The translations under genes were made by a program, and so were the position numbers. Below are positions 34,046 through 46,096 of a stretch of DNA of 47,501 nucleotides, piece by piece. The stretch comes from Priapulus caudatus (lineage: Eukaryota), in the NCBI RefSeq assembly GCF_000485595.1, contig NW_014577062.1, positions 1,704,359 to 1,751,859 of the forward strand, in the 5' to 3' direction. Under the pieces are notes generated by a model. It worked only from the letters and a program-made list of their open reading frames with translations. It did not search any database and had not been told where the DNA came from. Position 1 is the first letter of the stretch; each line of letters opens with the position of its first letter.

Positions 34046-36513
34046 ATATATACGTCTTGATTGCACCATGCACAATTTGATTGCGCTTTTTGTCACGGCT
34101 CGTGCTTCGTACACTCAGCGTCGTTGTTTCGCAGCATTCGGCGTACATATACGCACCGCAGCGCGACCTCGCGGCAAGCCATAAATCATGTGCAGCGAGC
34201 CTCTCACCTCGCCCGCTATCGACGGCATAATTACGAGGCTCGAGCGAAAAAAAACGCACACTTTGATACGTCATAAATTATAAGCGGATGTTGAATTTAT
34301 TGCGATTGCCACTGACACACCTGGGCAGCGCGTAAGAAACGAAGTTAATTCGTATTCAAATCAGAGGTCAGTATTGCCCTTAAGGAGTAATTAAAAGGTG
34401 ATCGCGCGCGGTTGTCCATCATCGTTGGCTGTCATTTGTTATACAGAAAAAGCCACAATGCGAGTTTCGTATCGCCGTACGTATATTAATGCTGGGCTTA
34501 TGTGTTTCATTACGGTGTGGTTTGTATGCGTCGTGAAACGGCTAGCGTGCATTTAGAATTCATACGATCCGATTCCAGTTTGTACTTAGTATACGCATAG
34601 AGCAGACCGTTGGTTATAGGTTCACGTCACGCTGTAACACTGTAGATAGGAACAGGTAATTCCCGTGTCTTCTTATTTCCGTGCTATACCGCATTGTCGT
34701 ACGTGTACGCGCACGCACGCGTAGCCACACGCACACGTACGTACGAACGCAAGCACGCACGCATACACATGCACGTATATAGAAAGAGAAAGAGAGTGCG
34801 CGAAGGAGAAAGTGAGAGAGGTTTGAAAGTGCGAGAGAGTGAGACAGACAGACAGAGATATATAGGAAATATATATAGAGATATATATTTGCAATAATTG
34901 CAGCTGATTGATTGATATCGGAGCTGAATCCGTATTGGGACGTCTAAAGGTTCTCTCTCGTAAAGGTTTTCTATACTCATTTAGCTGATTGTCATAAAAT
35001 AACAGGAACTTGGCACTTCTACCATCTTTACTTATATTGCATCAGGATATCACTGATACTACTGACATCTACTGTCATTTACTGACACGAATTAGGAATG
35101 CTTGTTATGATATATTATGTGCAAACCACAAGATGACGAGAACGATGAAAACAACTGCTGCACCTCCCCTGAGTCACGAAACATTTCGCGTACTGCAGTT
35201 TCCATTGCGTGTAACCATCATCGCACAAGACACAGCCATATCTTAACATCTCAACGCTAGACAAATGCAGTGAAGAACGTGCGTGTGCGTGCATGTGTGC
35301 GTGCGTGTGCGTATACGTGCAAGCGCGCGCGTGTGCGCGATTGCGTGTGCTGTTGATGAAATCTACGATAGCATATATATATATATATATGATGCATGCA
35401 CTTCTTTGTTCGTTACAGTCGGATTTTCGTAGCTAAACAACCCGCTGCGCGCCATTGTACGGCTGTCAGTCGGCTATCACAGCGCGGGGCTAACTCTTTA
35501 CCTGCTACCGGGAGAGAATCGGGGATAAATCACTGCGAGACGGATGACAAAGCCGCTGCGCCAGGTGTCGCGCACCGTTGCCGGCAGATTTATCACAATT
35601 TCGATTGCGATTTCTAAAGTTCGGCGCTTCGCCCGTGGCAAGCGTTGCCGTGATTCGAGCTCGGCGGCTAGCGGGGAGCGTCGGCGTCTGCGTGCGCGTC
35701 GGCTGTCGGCGACGATTGTCGGGCAGCGGGGACGACGTCGCGTTTTCATAAAAATTGATTTATGCTCGGGCGCGATTTACAAAACAAACGCAATAGCCTC
35801 TGGTCACGCTAACAAGCGCTGAATGTTAATAGCCATTAATTACCATTGTGCAGCGCGTGACGCATAGTACGGGGAGGGGGGGGGGCGTTCATTGAGGGCG
35901 CGGCTGGCGGTTTATAGAGCCGTTAAAACACTCTAGTTAGATGCCGGGTTTCGCTGTTACAACCACGGACAGATCTCGCGGTGTGTGCGTGCGTATGTGT
36001 GTGTGTACGTGTGCGTGTGCGTGTGCTTGCATGTGCGTGTGCGTGCGCGCGCGCGCGGGCGTGTGTGTGTGTGAGGGTCACCGCCGGGAAGATTCGGGTA
36101 AAGAATTAGGTTGTTCTGATTTGTTCTAAGATTCAATAATAAACGTTGCGCTTGTTTATCCAGCCTATTATCGCCCGCGAGTCCGAAAATATAGTGAAAC
36201 TAAGCAGATGCCACGCGAATAACTTACGCATGCTATCCAGAATTCGGGTATGCATGATATTAATTCGTGTTCTCTACACTAACGGTATACGCGGAACCGC
36301 TTAAATTTATAGTAAAGAAAGCAAGTATTAGTGTGTTGTGAGTCTTGTGACGTAATCTTAATATAATCGTGGATTGTATGGTAACTCATTAACTATTGTT
36401 TATGCATAGTAACGTGCATGCACGTATGCACAAGAAAAGTCCTAGATCATGCCCATGCACACAGGCACGGACACAAACACAGACAGACACATGCACACGC
36501 ATACGCGCGGCAT

Positions 36514-36597
<84 letters not shown>

Positions 36598-37530
36598 ACG
36601 CACATGTATGTCCTAGCAACTAGAAAACTATACTACAATTGTAGGGGTTCAAATGCTAAGTCGAAATAACACGAATTAGTATTGGGTGCTCCGTGCATGT
36701 TATGTTAGCTAACTTATGGCAACAATAAGTCATGTTCGCCGACGCTTCACTGCTCGTTTTAAATACGTACAACATCCTGACAAGTGTTATCGTAATAAAA
36801 CCTATAGCCGTTAATAACAAACGTCAACGTAAATATATAATATAATTATCTCACCGTTTTATAGTCGCTGTAAAGGATACTCGGGGCCGGAGCGTGAGAA
36901 GAAACTATAATCGAATCGTGCGCCCGTCAGCTCTTATATAATTCCAACGATGAATGAACGAATGAATTTATCAGGATTTTTAATCATCTTTTATTCTTTC
37001 ACTTAGGTCTGTTATAATGTTTATACTGCCATGAGTTATAGCGTTGTGCAGGCTGATGACGCGATGCTTAACCGTGGTTGATGCCATCTCCTCAAACGCC
37101 TAATTCCCCGTGACTGGCAGGGCGGTATCACCGCGAGAAATTTCCCCAATTAAATGGCGAAAATTTATTACCGCGTATATAAATGTTGGTCGACGATGAA
37201 GCTACCGAGGTTTGATAGGGCTCGAGGGCGCGTGACCGATGATAATGTTTAGCGAATGGCTTTAAATTATGCAAATAACTCGATTTGATGAGCGGGATAT
37301 TTCGCACAGCCAATTTTAGACGCCCATCGGCTGAAAAAGTATCACCCAACGTTTTTATTGCGCCATTGAGCTCTCGTCGCGCTAACGGAGTGATGCGGTG
37401 TAAAGTGACAGTTTCTTTAGGCAGTCAGGGTATTCCACGGTATTCTAGGCTTATGTGTGCGTGTGTGTCTCAGACTTTGCATAGGTCGTATAAGTTAATT
37501 TATAACAGTGTTCGTTATTCTAGGGCTGAT

Positions 37531-37778
37531 AGGGTCTATGTCCCCCAGGGTACCGGAACGTACCCTTGTACTAAATACTACTATCTAATATGCCGGACCG
37601 TACCTCGCCTACTCCACTAACGAGTCTAGGGAGTCGCCTACGCCTATACTCCCTAACCCTAACCCTAACTCTAACCTTAACCCTAACCATATCAGCTAGA
37701 TAGTTACCAGGGTACGTTTCGGTATACCGGACCGTACCCAGGGTACGTTCCGGCAGTACCCTGGGGGACATAGACCCT
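37531..37778 (+). mobile_element. MITE with internal (CCCTAA)n, copy A (termini may extend a few bp further out)
   Basis: TIR AGGGTCTATGTCCCCCAGGGTAC / GTACCCTGGGGGACATAGACCCT; ~6 telomere-like hexamers inside; shared core with 41111-41391. Confidence 0.85.
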
Positions 37779-38160
37779 ATGAACTATTCGCGGCTTATGT
37801 GTGCGTGTGTGTCTCAGACTTCGCATAGGCCGTATAAGTTAATTTGGTGAGAAAGTAAGAGTCTTCATTGAGACTGCTTATTTACTCATTTACACCGCCA
37901 GTCGGCTACAAGCGCGCCAGTTCATTAATCAAGCACTGACAGCTAGTCGCTTGGTCAGTCGGACAGTAGACGACAACTTCCAGCCGTTCGGTGAATAGCT
38001 ACCCTCAGTTCAGCAGGTTCCTACGTCTGTTGCCATACTGCTTTTACGGTAATGAAAATCTCCTGTAAGAGCTCGGTTCGTATCTAAAAAACGTGATATT
38101 GGTTTGTAATCGGAATTATCACCATATTGGCGTAGACAGAGACATAGTCGGATTCTACTT

Positions 38161-38332
38161 GTCTCGTGAGGCAGGGGCGTGGTCCGCTTTTAGGTTGTCT
38201 CATGAGACAGAGGCGTGGTCGACTTGTGGGTTGTGTCATGAGACAGAGACGTTGTCCGCTTGTGGGTTGTGTCATGAGACAGAGACGTGGTCCGCTTGTG
38301 GGGGTGTGCCATGAGACGGAGCCGTGGTCGGC
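38161..38332. repeat. 36-bp minisatellite, ~5 units
   Basis: GTGTCATGAGACAGAGACGTGGTCCGCTTGTGGGTT-like units. Confidence 0.85.
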
Positions 38333-39632
38333 TTCTGGGCGGACCTCGCTGACAGAAGGCGCAGGTGCCGGGGCAGTGTGGCGGCGGCCGTGCGTTAGTG
38401 GGCACGTGTGTGTCATCAGGCGGCGCCCACCCGCACCCGCCGCCGCTCATTCAGGCCACATTCTCTCGCCTCGCCTCCCCCTTTCAACCCCCCACTCAAC
38501 GCTCACAAAGGCCCTCGAGCGGCGGAGGTGAACCCTTCTGCTCAGATGCGAGCGCTCAAAAGCCACTCACGAGTCCGAAATAACAAAATAACGACCGTAA
38601 CAGAGCGGCGTGCGCAAATCAAACTGTGATTGAAAGCCAATTAACGAGCCGAATTGAGCATTGTGCGTTGACACATGCACGGGGGCCGCGGAGCGATGCC
38701 GTAAAGAGGAAAAATATTGAAGTTTTTTTAAAGTTTAGTTGGGGAAAACAGGTGCATAAAGGTAGTGTAAAGCTGTGTCGTTCAAATCGACAAAGAGAGT
38801 CGGGATTCGTGGATTTTCCGTTTTCAAGTGGTAACTAGAGAGAGAGAGAGAAAGAAAGAGCGCGCTAACAAGAGTGTTTGAGACAGGTTTCTCGGCGCAG
38901 GTGTGCAGGTTACAATAATATTTTATTAGGCGATGAAGAGATTTTATGTAAAACTAAACAAAGCGTTTACGCGGCGACAAAATTACGCGTACTTCACGAA
39001 ATGCTGGTGAATACGTTGAACAATTGTCACAATTTAATTAACGGGCTAATGATGCTTCCAGATAAAACCTCCGCAGATATGACTCAATTGCTTATAAAAA
39101 AATCCATTATGCGTCTGATACAGGGATCGGGGCCCATGTCGGCATCGTACACGATGAATATCAGTGCGTCTACAGCAACCGTCACTCGGCCTTCTAGAAT
39201 GCAGCCAGTCACTGTGAGGCGAAACAAACCGGCCTGAAATTCCCAGAATGTACAAGATTACTAAAATCATTATTCATAATCATTATTCTTCAGCAAATGA
39301 TCACTATGATGCATTCATCGTCATACCTATTCACTATAGGATCGCGGGGATGCAACTGAAGTATTTCCAGTCAGTACGCACGCGGCGGCAAACTTTCACT
39401 TTAGATCACGAGTCACTAATTGTTGTTTTATGTATTCAACATTACGCCCGCCTCCGACGATGATAGCAGATCGACGCTATCATCACGACCACCTCCGCTT
39501 TCGTCATCACCACTCATATCACCGCCAGGGTCGTCATCGTCATTATCGTATCGTTTTCACACGCAAACATTTATTACCGAAGAAAATGCATAATTCGCCA
39601 ATCCGGCATTGGCTGTGTCTACATAATATTAT

Positions 39633-39704
39633 CAAGAGCATATAAAGAAGGCCTTCTTTATATGCTCTTGCTATATGCTTATATACCTTCTTTATATGCT
39701 CTTG
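39633..39704. repeat. Perfect 38-bp palindrome plus a third copy of one arm
   Basis: CAAGAGCATATAAAGAAGG|CCTTCTTTATATGCTCTTG (39633-39670); right arm repeated at 39686-39704. Confidence 0.93.
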
Positions 39705-40010
39705 ATATTATGCGTGAATTCGTTGCACTAGTAAGGGGGAGGAGGTTAGCTTGGCTCTCTTATCAGCAGCAACAATCCACGTGTGAATAGTTCTTTCAAC
39801 AATCTTATCTTGAAAGTCCCAATTTCTGCGCATTCATGCGCTCAGCGCAGTGAGTATTACGAACTTGCAGAGCATATGCCCGCATAACCGCTCTAGTTCA
39901 TTCTCAGTCAGACGCATATAGGCGATGGTCTACTTTTCATGGAATTATAATGCCATAGAGAAAAGATAGAGAGATCGAAAAGAAGAAGATCGGATGCGTG
40001 GTAATATAGA

Positions 40011-40064
<54 letters not shown>

Positions 40065-41110
40065 CGAGAGAGAGAGAGCGGACATCACTTTCCAATTGCG
40101 TGGTTTAGGGCAGGTTCGTAATGATCCCAAAGGGCTATAGAAACGAGTATTTCAGTACATTTTCGGTTCTCCTACATTGCGTCCGTTATCTGATCTGTCT
40201 CTCCAGCGGGCACAGAATTCCGCTATTGTTTGTCATCCACATGCCTGATCTGCATATCATTGCATACAAACAGCTTGCCGGTGCACTTGCCTAAGCGCGT
40301 CGACCCGCTCGCAGGGCAATAAAATCGCCATTAGTGTATTATGCAAGCAGTCGACATGCAGATATATAGCCGAGCACTTCGGTCTTCGCGCAAATTAATT
40401 AGCCATCACTGCGGCGGGGAAGAGAAAGAAGTGGAAGTTTACGGGTCCATCAAGTGTGGAAACCCCTTCTACGCACCTGTGTGGGTTATCGTCTGCGCAC
40501 ATTGAGTGCAGAGCGGTGACAGAGCGAAGCGGGTAGGAGTTTACAGTCGGGTCAGTGTGAGTGGGCTAACAATCTCGCAGCTCTAGCTATAGGCTCCGTG
40601 CCGCCGCGACGTCGGTAATAAACTACTTTGAGAAACTGACAAATTTGAGGGCAGAATCGCTCCCAGCGTCGAATTCCTGCCGCTTGTAAAAGTGTCTTGC
40701 TTGAATACCAGTTTTTAATTTGCTGCGTGGAGACGATTAAAATGCAGTGTGGGAAAGCCGGTGGCCATCGGTTCTGGTTTTATGGAGGGGCGTTATAACG
40801 CTGCCAGTCTCCGCCAACAGCCAGCCAATAAATTATCTTTAGACCTCACAGCGATAGGGGTGCGTCTTGACGCAGACAGGTATCTGTTTATCTACGTGCA
40901 TCTACGGAGGCCGATGTGCGCATGCTGTAACAGCTAGGGCGCTGTAGCGGTCATAGGAAATGAAACGCTATAATCATTTTCGGCGTTAACCCTTTAGATC
41001 AAAGGCATGCATGCATGCTCATATCGATTAATTTCAGTGTGTTTGTTAGCAATATCCCAACTAGACTTTTCGATACAAGACCATGGGTTTGGAGCCATAA
41101 TGGCGCTGAG

Positions 41111-41391
41111 AGGGTCTATGTCCCCCAGGGTACTGCCGGAACGTACCCTGGGTACGGTCCGGTATACCGGAACGTACCCTGGTACTATCTAATATGCCGG
41201 TCCGTACCTCGATCGCCTACTCCACTAACGAGTCTAGGGAGTCGCCTACGCCTACTCCCTAATCCTAACCCTAACCCTAACCCTAACCCTAACCCTAACC
41301 CTAACCCTAACCCTAACCCTAACCCTAACCCTAACCATATCAGATAGTTACCAGGGTACGTTCCGGCAGTACCCTGGGGGACATAGACCCT
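41111..41391 (+). mobile_element. MITE with internal (CCCTAA)n, copy B
   Basis: Same TIRs and core as copy A; about 13 CCCTAA hexamers at 41257-41336. Confidence 0.87.
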
Positions 41392-42682
41392 ATGAGCCAT
41401 ACGAGCGCTTAAAACATTGATTATAAAGACTTTAATTTTTTTGTTTTTGACTTTGTTGCTAGTTTGATTTGCGCTTCTTTTTGATTGATTTTGATTTGCA
41501 TATATTACAGCTCGGTGTCGATCGCTTTAAGGCCAGTCTCTATTAACGATTTATTAGGTAAGATGAGTAGTAGACATATAAAAACACTGTGATCGTGCCC
41601 CACCCGCGGGTAATTTAATTAATATGCGTTTTGCGGGCAAAAAATGACGGAGCTTATTTTACTTTTGCAATCCTAGTATGGTGATTTCGTTTTTCACCGT
41701 GTAAAAAAGTCTGTGTTTACACTCATTGTTATTAGTTTACTGACCCGATTTTAATTACTTAATTCTAAACTGAATTGTAAACTTTTCTTGCGAGCTAGCT
41801 ATTATGGTTTTGTTTTACATTATTGCGTTTAACTAATTGTGTTTTTATAGACCATATCAACAACCCATGAAATTTAATGGGAATAAGCCACATTCCAGCA
41901 CGAAGTTTACAACGCTTTGTTATAAATATAATAAATAAAAGTATGGACGCGTAGTGCGCACGTACGTGCGTGCACGTGCCCTGTCCATACACGCGCACAC
42001 GCGCACGCATACGCACGCGCACACGCATATGCACGCGCACACGCACCACGTACGAACACGCCGGCACACGCACTCTCGCACGCATTCACACAGCATGCGC
42101 CCACATGCCTGTCAGCGCCGGCCCAAAATTGCGAATTAGAGGCGCGAAAATTGATTTCATTCAAGCCGAATGACATTAACCCGTTGGCTACTGGCGATGT
42201 CGACAGACGTCGTTATAAACGACGCGCCGCTAGGCGAGAGGAATTCGTCTGTGAGTGAGCAGTTCGATTGAGCTGAAAGCACCGAGCTGAAGAGATGCGG
42301 GGTTGCGCACAGCAAGGGGCCACAGAAGTATGAATTCGAGCCGACTGCAGAAACCTCGGCCTGTTATTATATATTAATTAGTCCTCATTACGTTTGGCGA
42401 AACTCGAACATCTGGTTCGGCCGTCAGACGGAACACGTGCAGTGCGAGAGAGAAAGAGAGAAGAGAGAGAGCGAATGAGAGCGATGGAGAGAAAAGAGCA
42501 TGGGAGAGCGGTAAAGCGGTAGTGCAAGAGAGAGGGCACGCGAGAGAAGGAAAGAGACAGAGAGAGAGCGAGAGAGAAGGGGCGAGGGAAGGAAAAAGAA
42601 CGACACACAGAAAGATGAGTAGTCACCCACGACTGAGGACTGGGCGAAAGAGAGAGATAGATTGTGTGCGTGTGAGAGAGAC

Positions 42683-42736
<54 letters not shown>

Positions 42737-42850
42737 AGAGCGAAAGAGAGAGAGAGAAAGAGAAAAAGAAACAGAAAGAGAAAGAGAAAGAGAAAGAAAA
42801 AATAATATAGAAAGAAAATACGGGAAAGAGAGCGTGCCCGCGAGAGAGAA

Positions 42851-42851
<1 letters not shown>

Positions 42852-42896
<45 letters not shown>

Positions 42897-43849
42897 GGAT
42901 GGATGGATGGATGGATGGATGGATGGATGGATGGATGGATGGATGGATGGATGGATGGATGGATGGATGGATGGATGGATGGATGNNNNNNNNNNNNNNN
43001 NNNNNNNNNNNNNNNNNNNNNNNNNNNNNNNNNNNNNNNNNNNNNNNNNNNNNNNNNNNNNNNNNNNNNNNNNNNNNNNNNNNNNNNNNNNNNNNNNNNN
43101 NNNNNNNNNNNNNNNNNNNNNNNNNNNNNNNNNNNNNNNNNNNNNNNNNNNNNNNNNNNNNNNNNNNNNNNNNNNNNNNNNNNNNNNNNNNNNNNNNNNN
43201 NNNNNNNNNNNNNNNNNNNNNNNNNNNNNNNNNNNNNNNNNNNNNNNNNNNNNNNNNNNNNNNNNNNNNNNNNNNNNNNNNNNNNNNNNNNNNNNNNNNN
43301 NNNNNNNNNNNNNNNNNNNNNNNNNNNNNNNNNNNNNNNNNNNNNNNNNNNNNNNNNNNNNNNNNNNNNNNNNNNNNNNNNNNNNNNNNNNNNNNNNNNN
43401 NNNNNNNNNNNNNNNNNNNNNNNNNNNNNNNNNNNNNNNNNNNNNNNNNNNNNNNNNNNNNNNNNNNNNNNNNNNNNNNNNNNNNNNNNNNNNNNNNNNN
43501 NNNNNNNNNNNNNNNNNNNNNNNNNNNNNNNNNNNNNNNNNNNNNNNNNNNNNNNNNNNNNNNNNNNNNNNNNNNNNNNNNNNNNNNNNNNNNNNNNNNN
43601 NNNNNNNNNNNNNNNNNNNNNNNNNNNNNNNNNNNNNNNNNNNNNNNNNNNNNNNNNNNNNNNNNNNNNNNNNNNNNNNNNNNNNNNNNNNNNNNNNNNN
43701 NNNNNNNNNNNNNNNNNNNNNNNNNNNNNNNNNNNNNNNNNNNNNNNNNNNNNNNNNNNNNNNNNNNNNNNNNNNNNNNNNNNNNNNNNNNNNNNNNNNN
43801 NNNNNNNNNNNNNNAGATAGAAAGATAGATAGCTAGATAGCTAGCTAGC

Positions 43850-43914
<65 letters not shown>
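42852..43914. repeat. (GATA)n/(GGAT)n microsatellite spanning an assembly gap (N 42986-43814)
   Basis: Read directly from sequence. Confidence 0.95.
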
Positions 43915-44352
43915 CGTGTCGTGGAAGCGTGCGAGGGAAATAAAGAGAGCGACTGATCTGCGACACGATCGCGTTGTCTCTCGCAGCACGCACGCAGTCG
44001 GTTGTGTTTGCCCCTATAGCTATGTGATTACATAACCCACCGGCAGGATGCGGACGTACTGCATGTGTAGCAGTGAGCGCGTATTATTAGCCTTCTAATA
44101 TTAGCCTTCTCATCCTGCACACGCTTGAAGGAAATACATAATTGCGCTTAACATTGCTAAATACTAAACATACTAAAAAGCAATAAATACAACTATATAC
44201 TGTAAACTACATACACCGACCTGAACTACAAAACAGAAATACTAGTAGAACTAACAGACTGCTCGCAGACGGCTCGTAGTTCTGACTAAAGCAACACATA
44301 ATAAATATCATATTTATATTTATGAAGCACACTCTTCACGATTTATTTACTA

Positions 44353-44385
<33 letters not shown>

Positions 44386-45999
44386 CAGTGTGCATGGGAA
44401 TCTGAGTTAACCTTGCATTGCGGCATGCACAATGAAACAGAAATTTTCGTTTCTAATTAATGTCGTTCTGGCATATGTCCTAAGCACGTATTCCGTCACG
44501 CGGCTCAGACGAGCGCAGCTACTGCACGCGGCTGCTATACTTGTAGTCTATATGCACGCCGTAACAGTAGCAGCAGCTAGCACTGCTACTAGTCTCGGCG
44601 ATTACAGACTATCGCGTAGTGCAGTGCTGCTCCCGCCGTGATGACGTCACGCGACACCGCAGACCGCCGTAATGACGGGGCCGAATCTGTCGGCGGTGGC
44701 GGCGGGAGCCGCATCCTACTTGACAGGACATGGTGTATATACGAGAGAGCTGCTGACTGGCACTCATCATCGGGGCAATATAATGTTTCCCGCCCCTCGT
44801 GTAGACGTGACAGGCCCGCGGGTAGGCGCGACTCCCCCCGCGCGTCCCCCCATCGACCCTGCGCGGCGGCGCCGTCGCTCTCGCTGTGCGCGGGTGGTGC
44901 GCCGACGGGCGACGCTCAGGGGGGTCGGGAGACATCGACGAGGGTGGCGGGGTCCGTGGTGCCGGACCGTATGCGCGATGCAGACGCAGATAGCACCGCC
45001 GCTGCCTCGTCAAATGCTGCCGCTAAGTGTTGTGAAACGCGACACCGGTTCGATGGGACCGTGTTTATCAACAGCTCCGCCGGCCGTTATTGCCGACTGC
45101 CACGGGCATGCACGAGCGCCGGGGCGGGCGACTGGGCGTCGCTGTGCGCCGACGCCAGCTCCAGCGGCCGACGGAGCCGCGGCCTGTCACGGCGCGGCAG
45201 CACCGGCGCCGCGCGCGGCAGCTGACGTCCATGACTCAAGCGCGCGGTGAATTATAAAACAATTCGTCACAAGTTTTGCGCGCGCGCGCGCCAAAAAAAT
45301 GCGGACAGCGAGGATTAGTCTAGCGCGGGCGCAGCGGCGCTCTCCTGGCTCCACTATTCGCTATCAATTAGCCGCGCGGGCACTCTAACAAGACGCAGAG
45401 GCGTATCGGGTGACGCGGGCCCACAGGATCGTCTGCCGCGCAGACCACTGCTTCGTTTTGACTCGCCGGTGCCGGCTAAAGTCCACCGAGGAGTCCGACA
45501 AGCGTAATTGGCGGCGATTGGTGCCAAAACAGAGACACTTGGCAAATCAGTAACAGAACCGTCACCCGGAGGAGCGGAGCGTCGGCTGCGGGAACGCACG
45601 CGCGCTGCGCGAGCCGCGAGAGGCTGAGAGAGGCAGAGAGAGAGCGAAAGAGAGCCATGCCGCGGCGGCAGCGGCGCCAGCGACCCTGTTCGTAATTACA
45701 TCGCATGTTCGCGGTTAATGAATGAGTCTCGTGTGGCGCTAAAATTTGTTGCCAATCGAAAGAAAGAGTCGCGGCGCGGTAAGCGATACGCAGCGGCGTC
45801 TTTACGCGCGGCAACCGGAGAAATCGCGCGTTACCGACGCGCGGTGTTTTTCGTCAGCCGCGTTTGTGTTGCCGCCGCGTCAACTAATTGCCATGCGCGG
45901 TTTTTGCCCAGCACGCTCGCGCTAGCGTTTCGTCGCCGATGCATCTCTGGAACTATAGCCCTTCGCTCCGCCATAGGCAGCGCTCTAGAACTACTGCAG

Positions 46000-46096
46000 A
46001 TGATGCTGCCGATGCTGCTCAGGCTGCTGATGCTGATGCTGATGCTGATGCTGATGCTGATGCTGATGCTGATGCTGATGCTGATGTTGATGCTGA
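46000..46096. repeat. (ATGCTG)n hexanucleotide repeat
   Basis: Read directly from sequence. Confidence 0.9.

Noticed and set aside
41257..41336. True telomere or chromosome fusion scar
   Set aside because: The tract is short and enclosed by the TIRs of a two-copy element.
42895..43836. ORFs of about 310 aa (MDGW repeats)
   Set aside because: (GGAT)n microsatellite running into an N gap.
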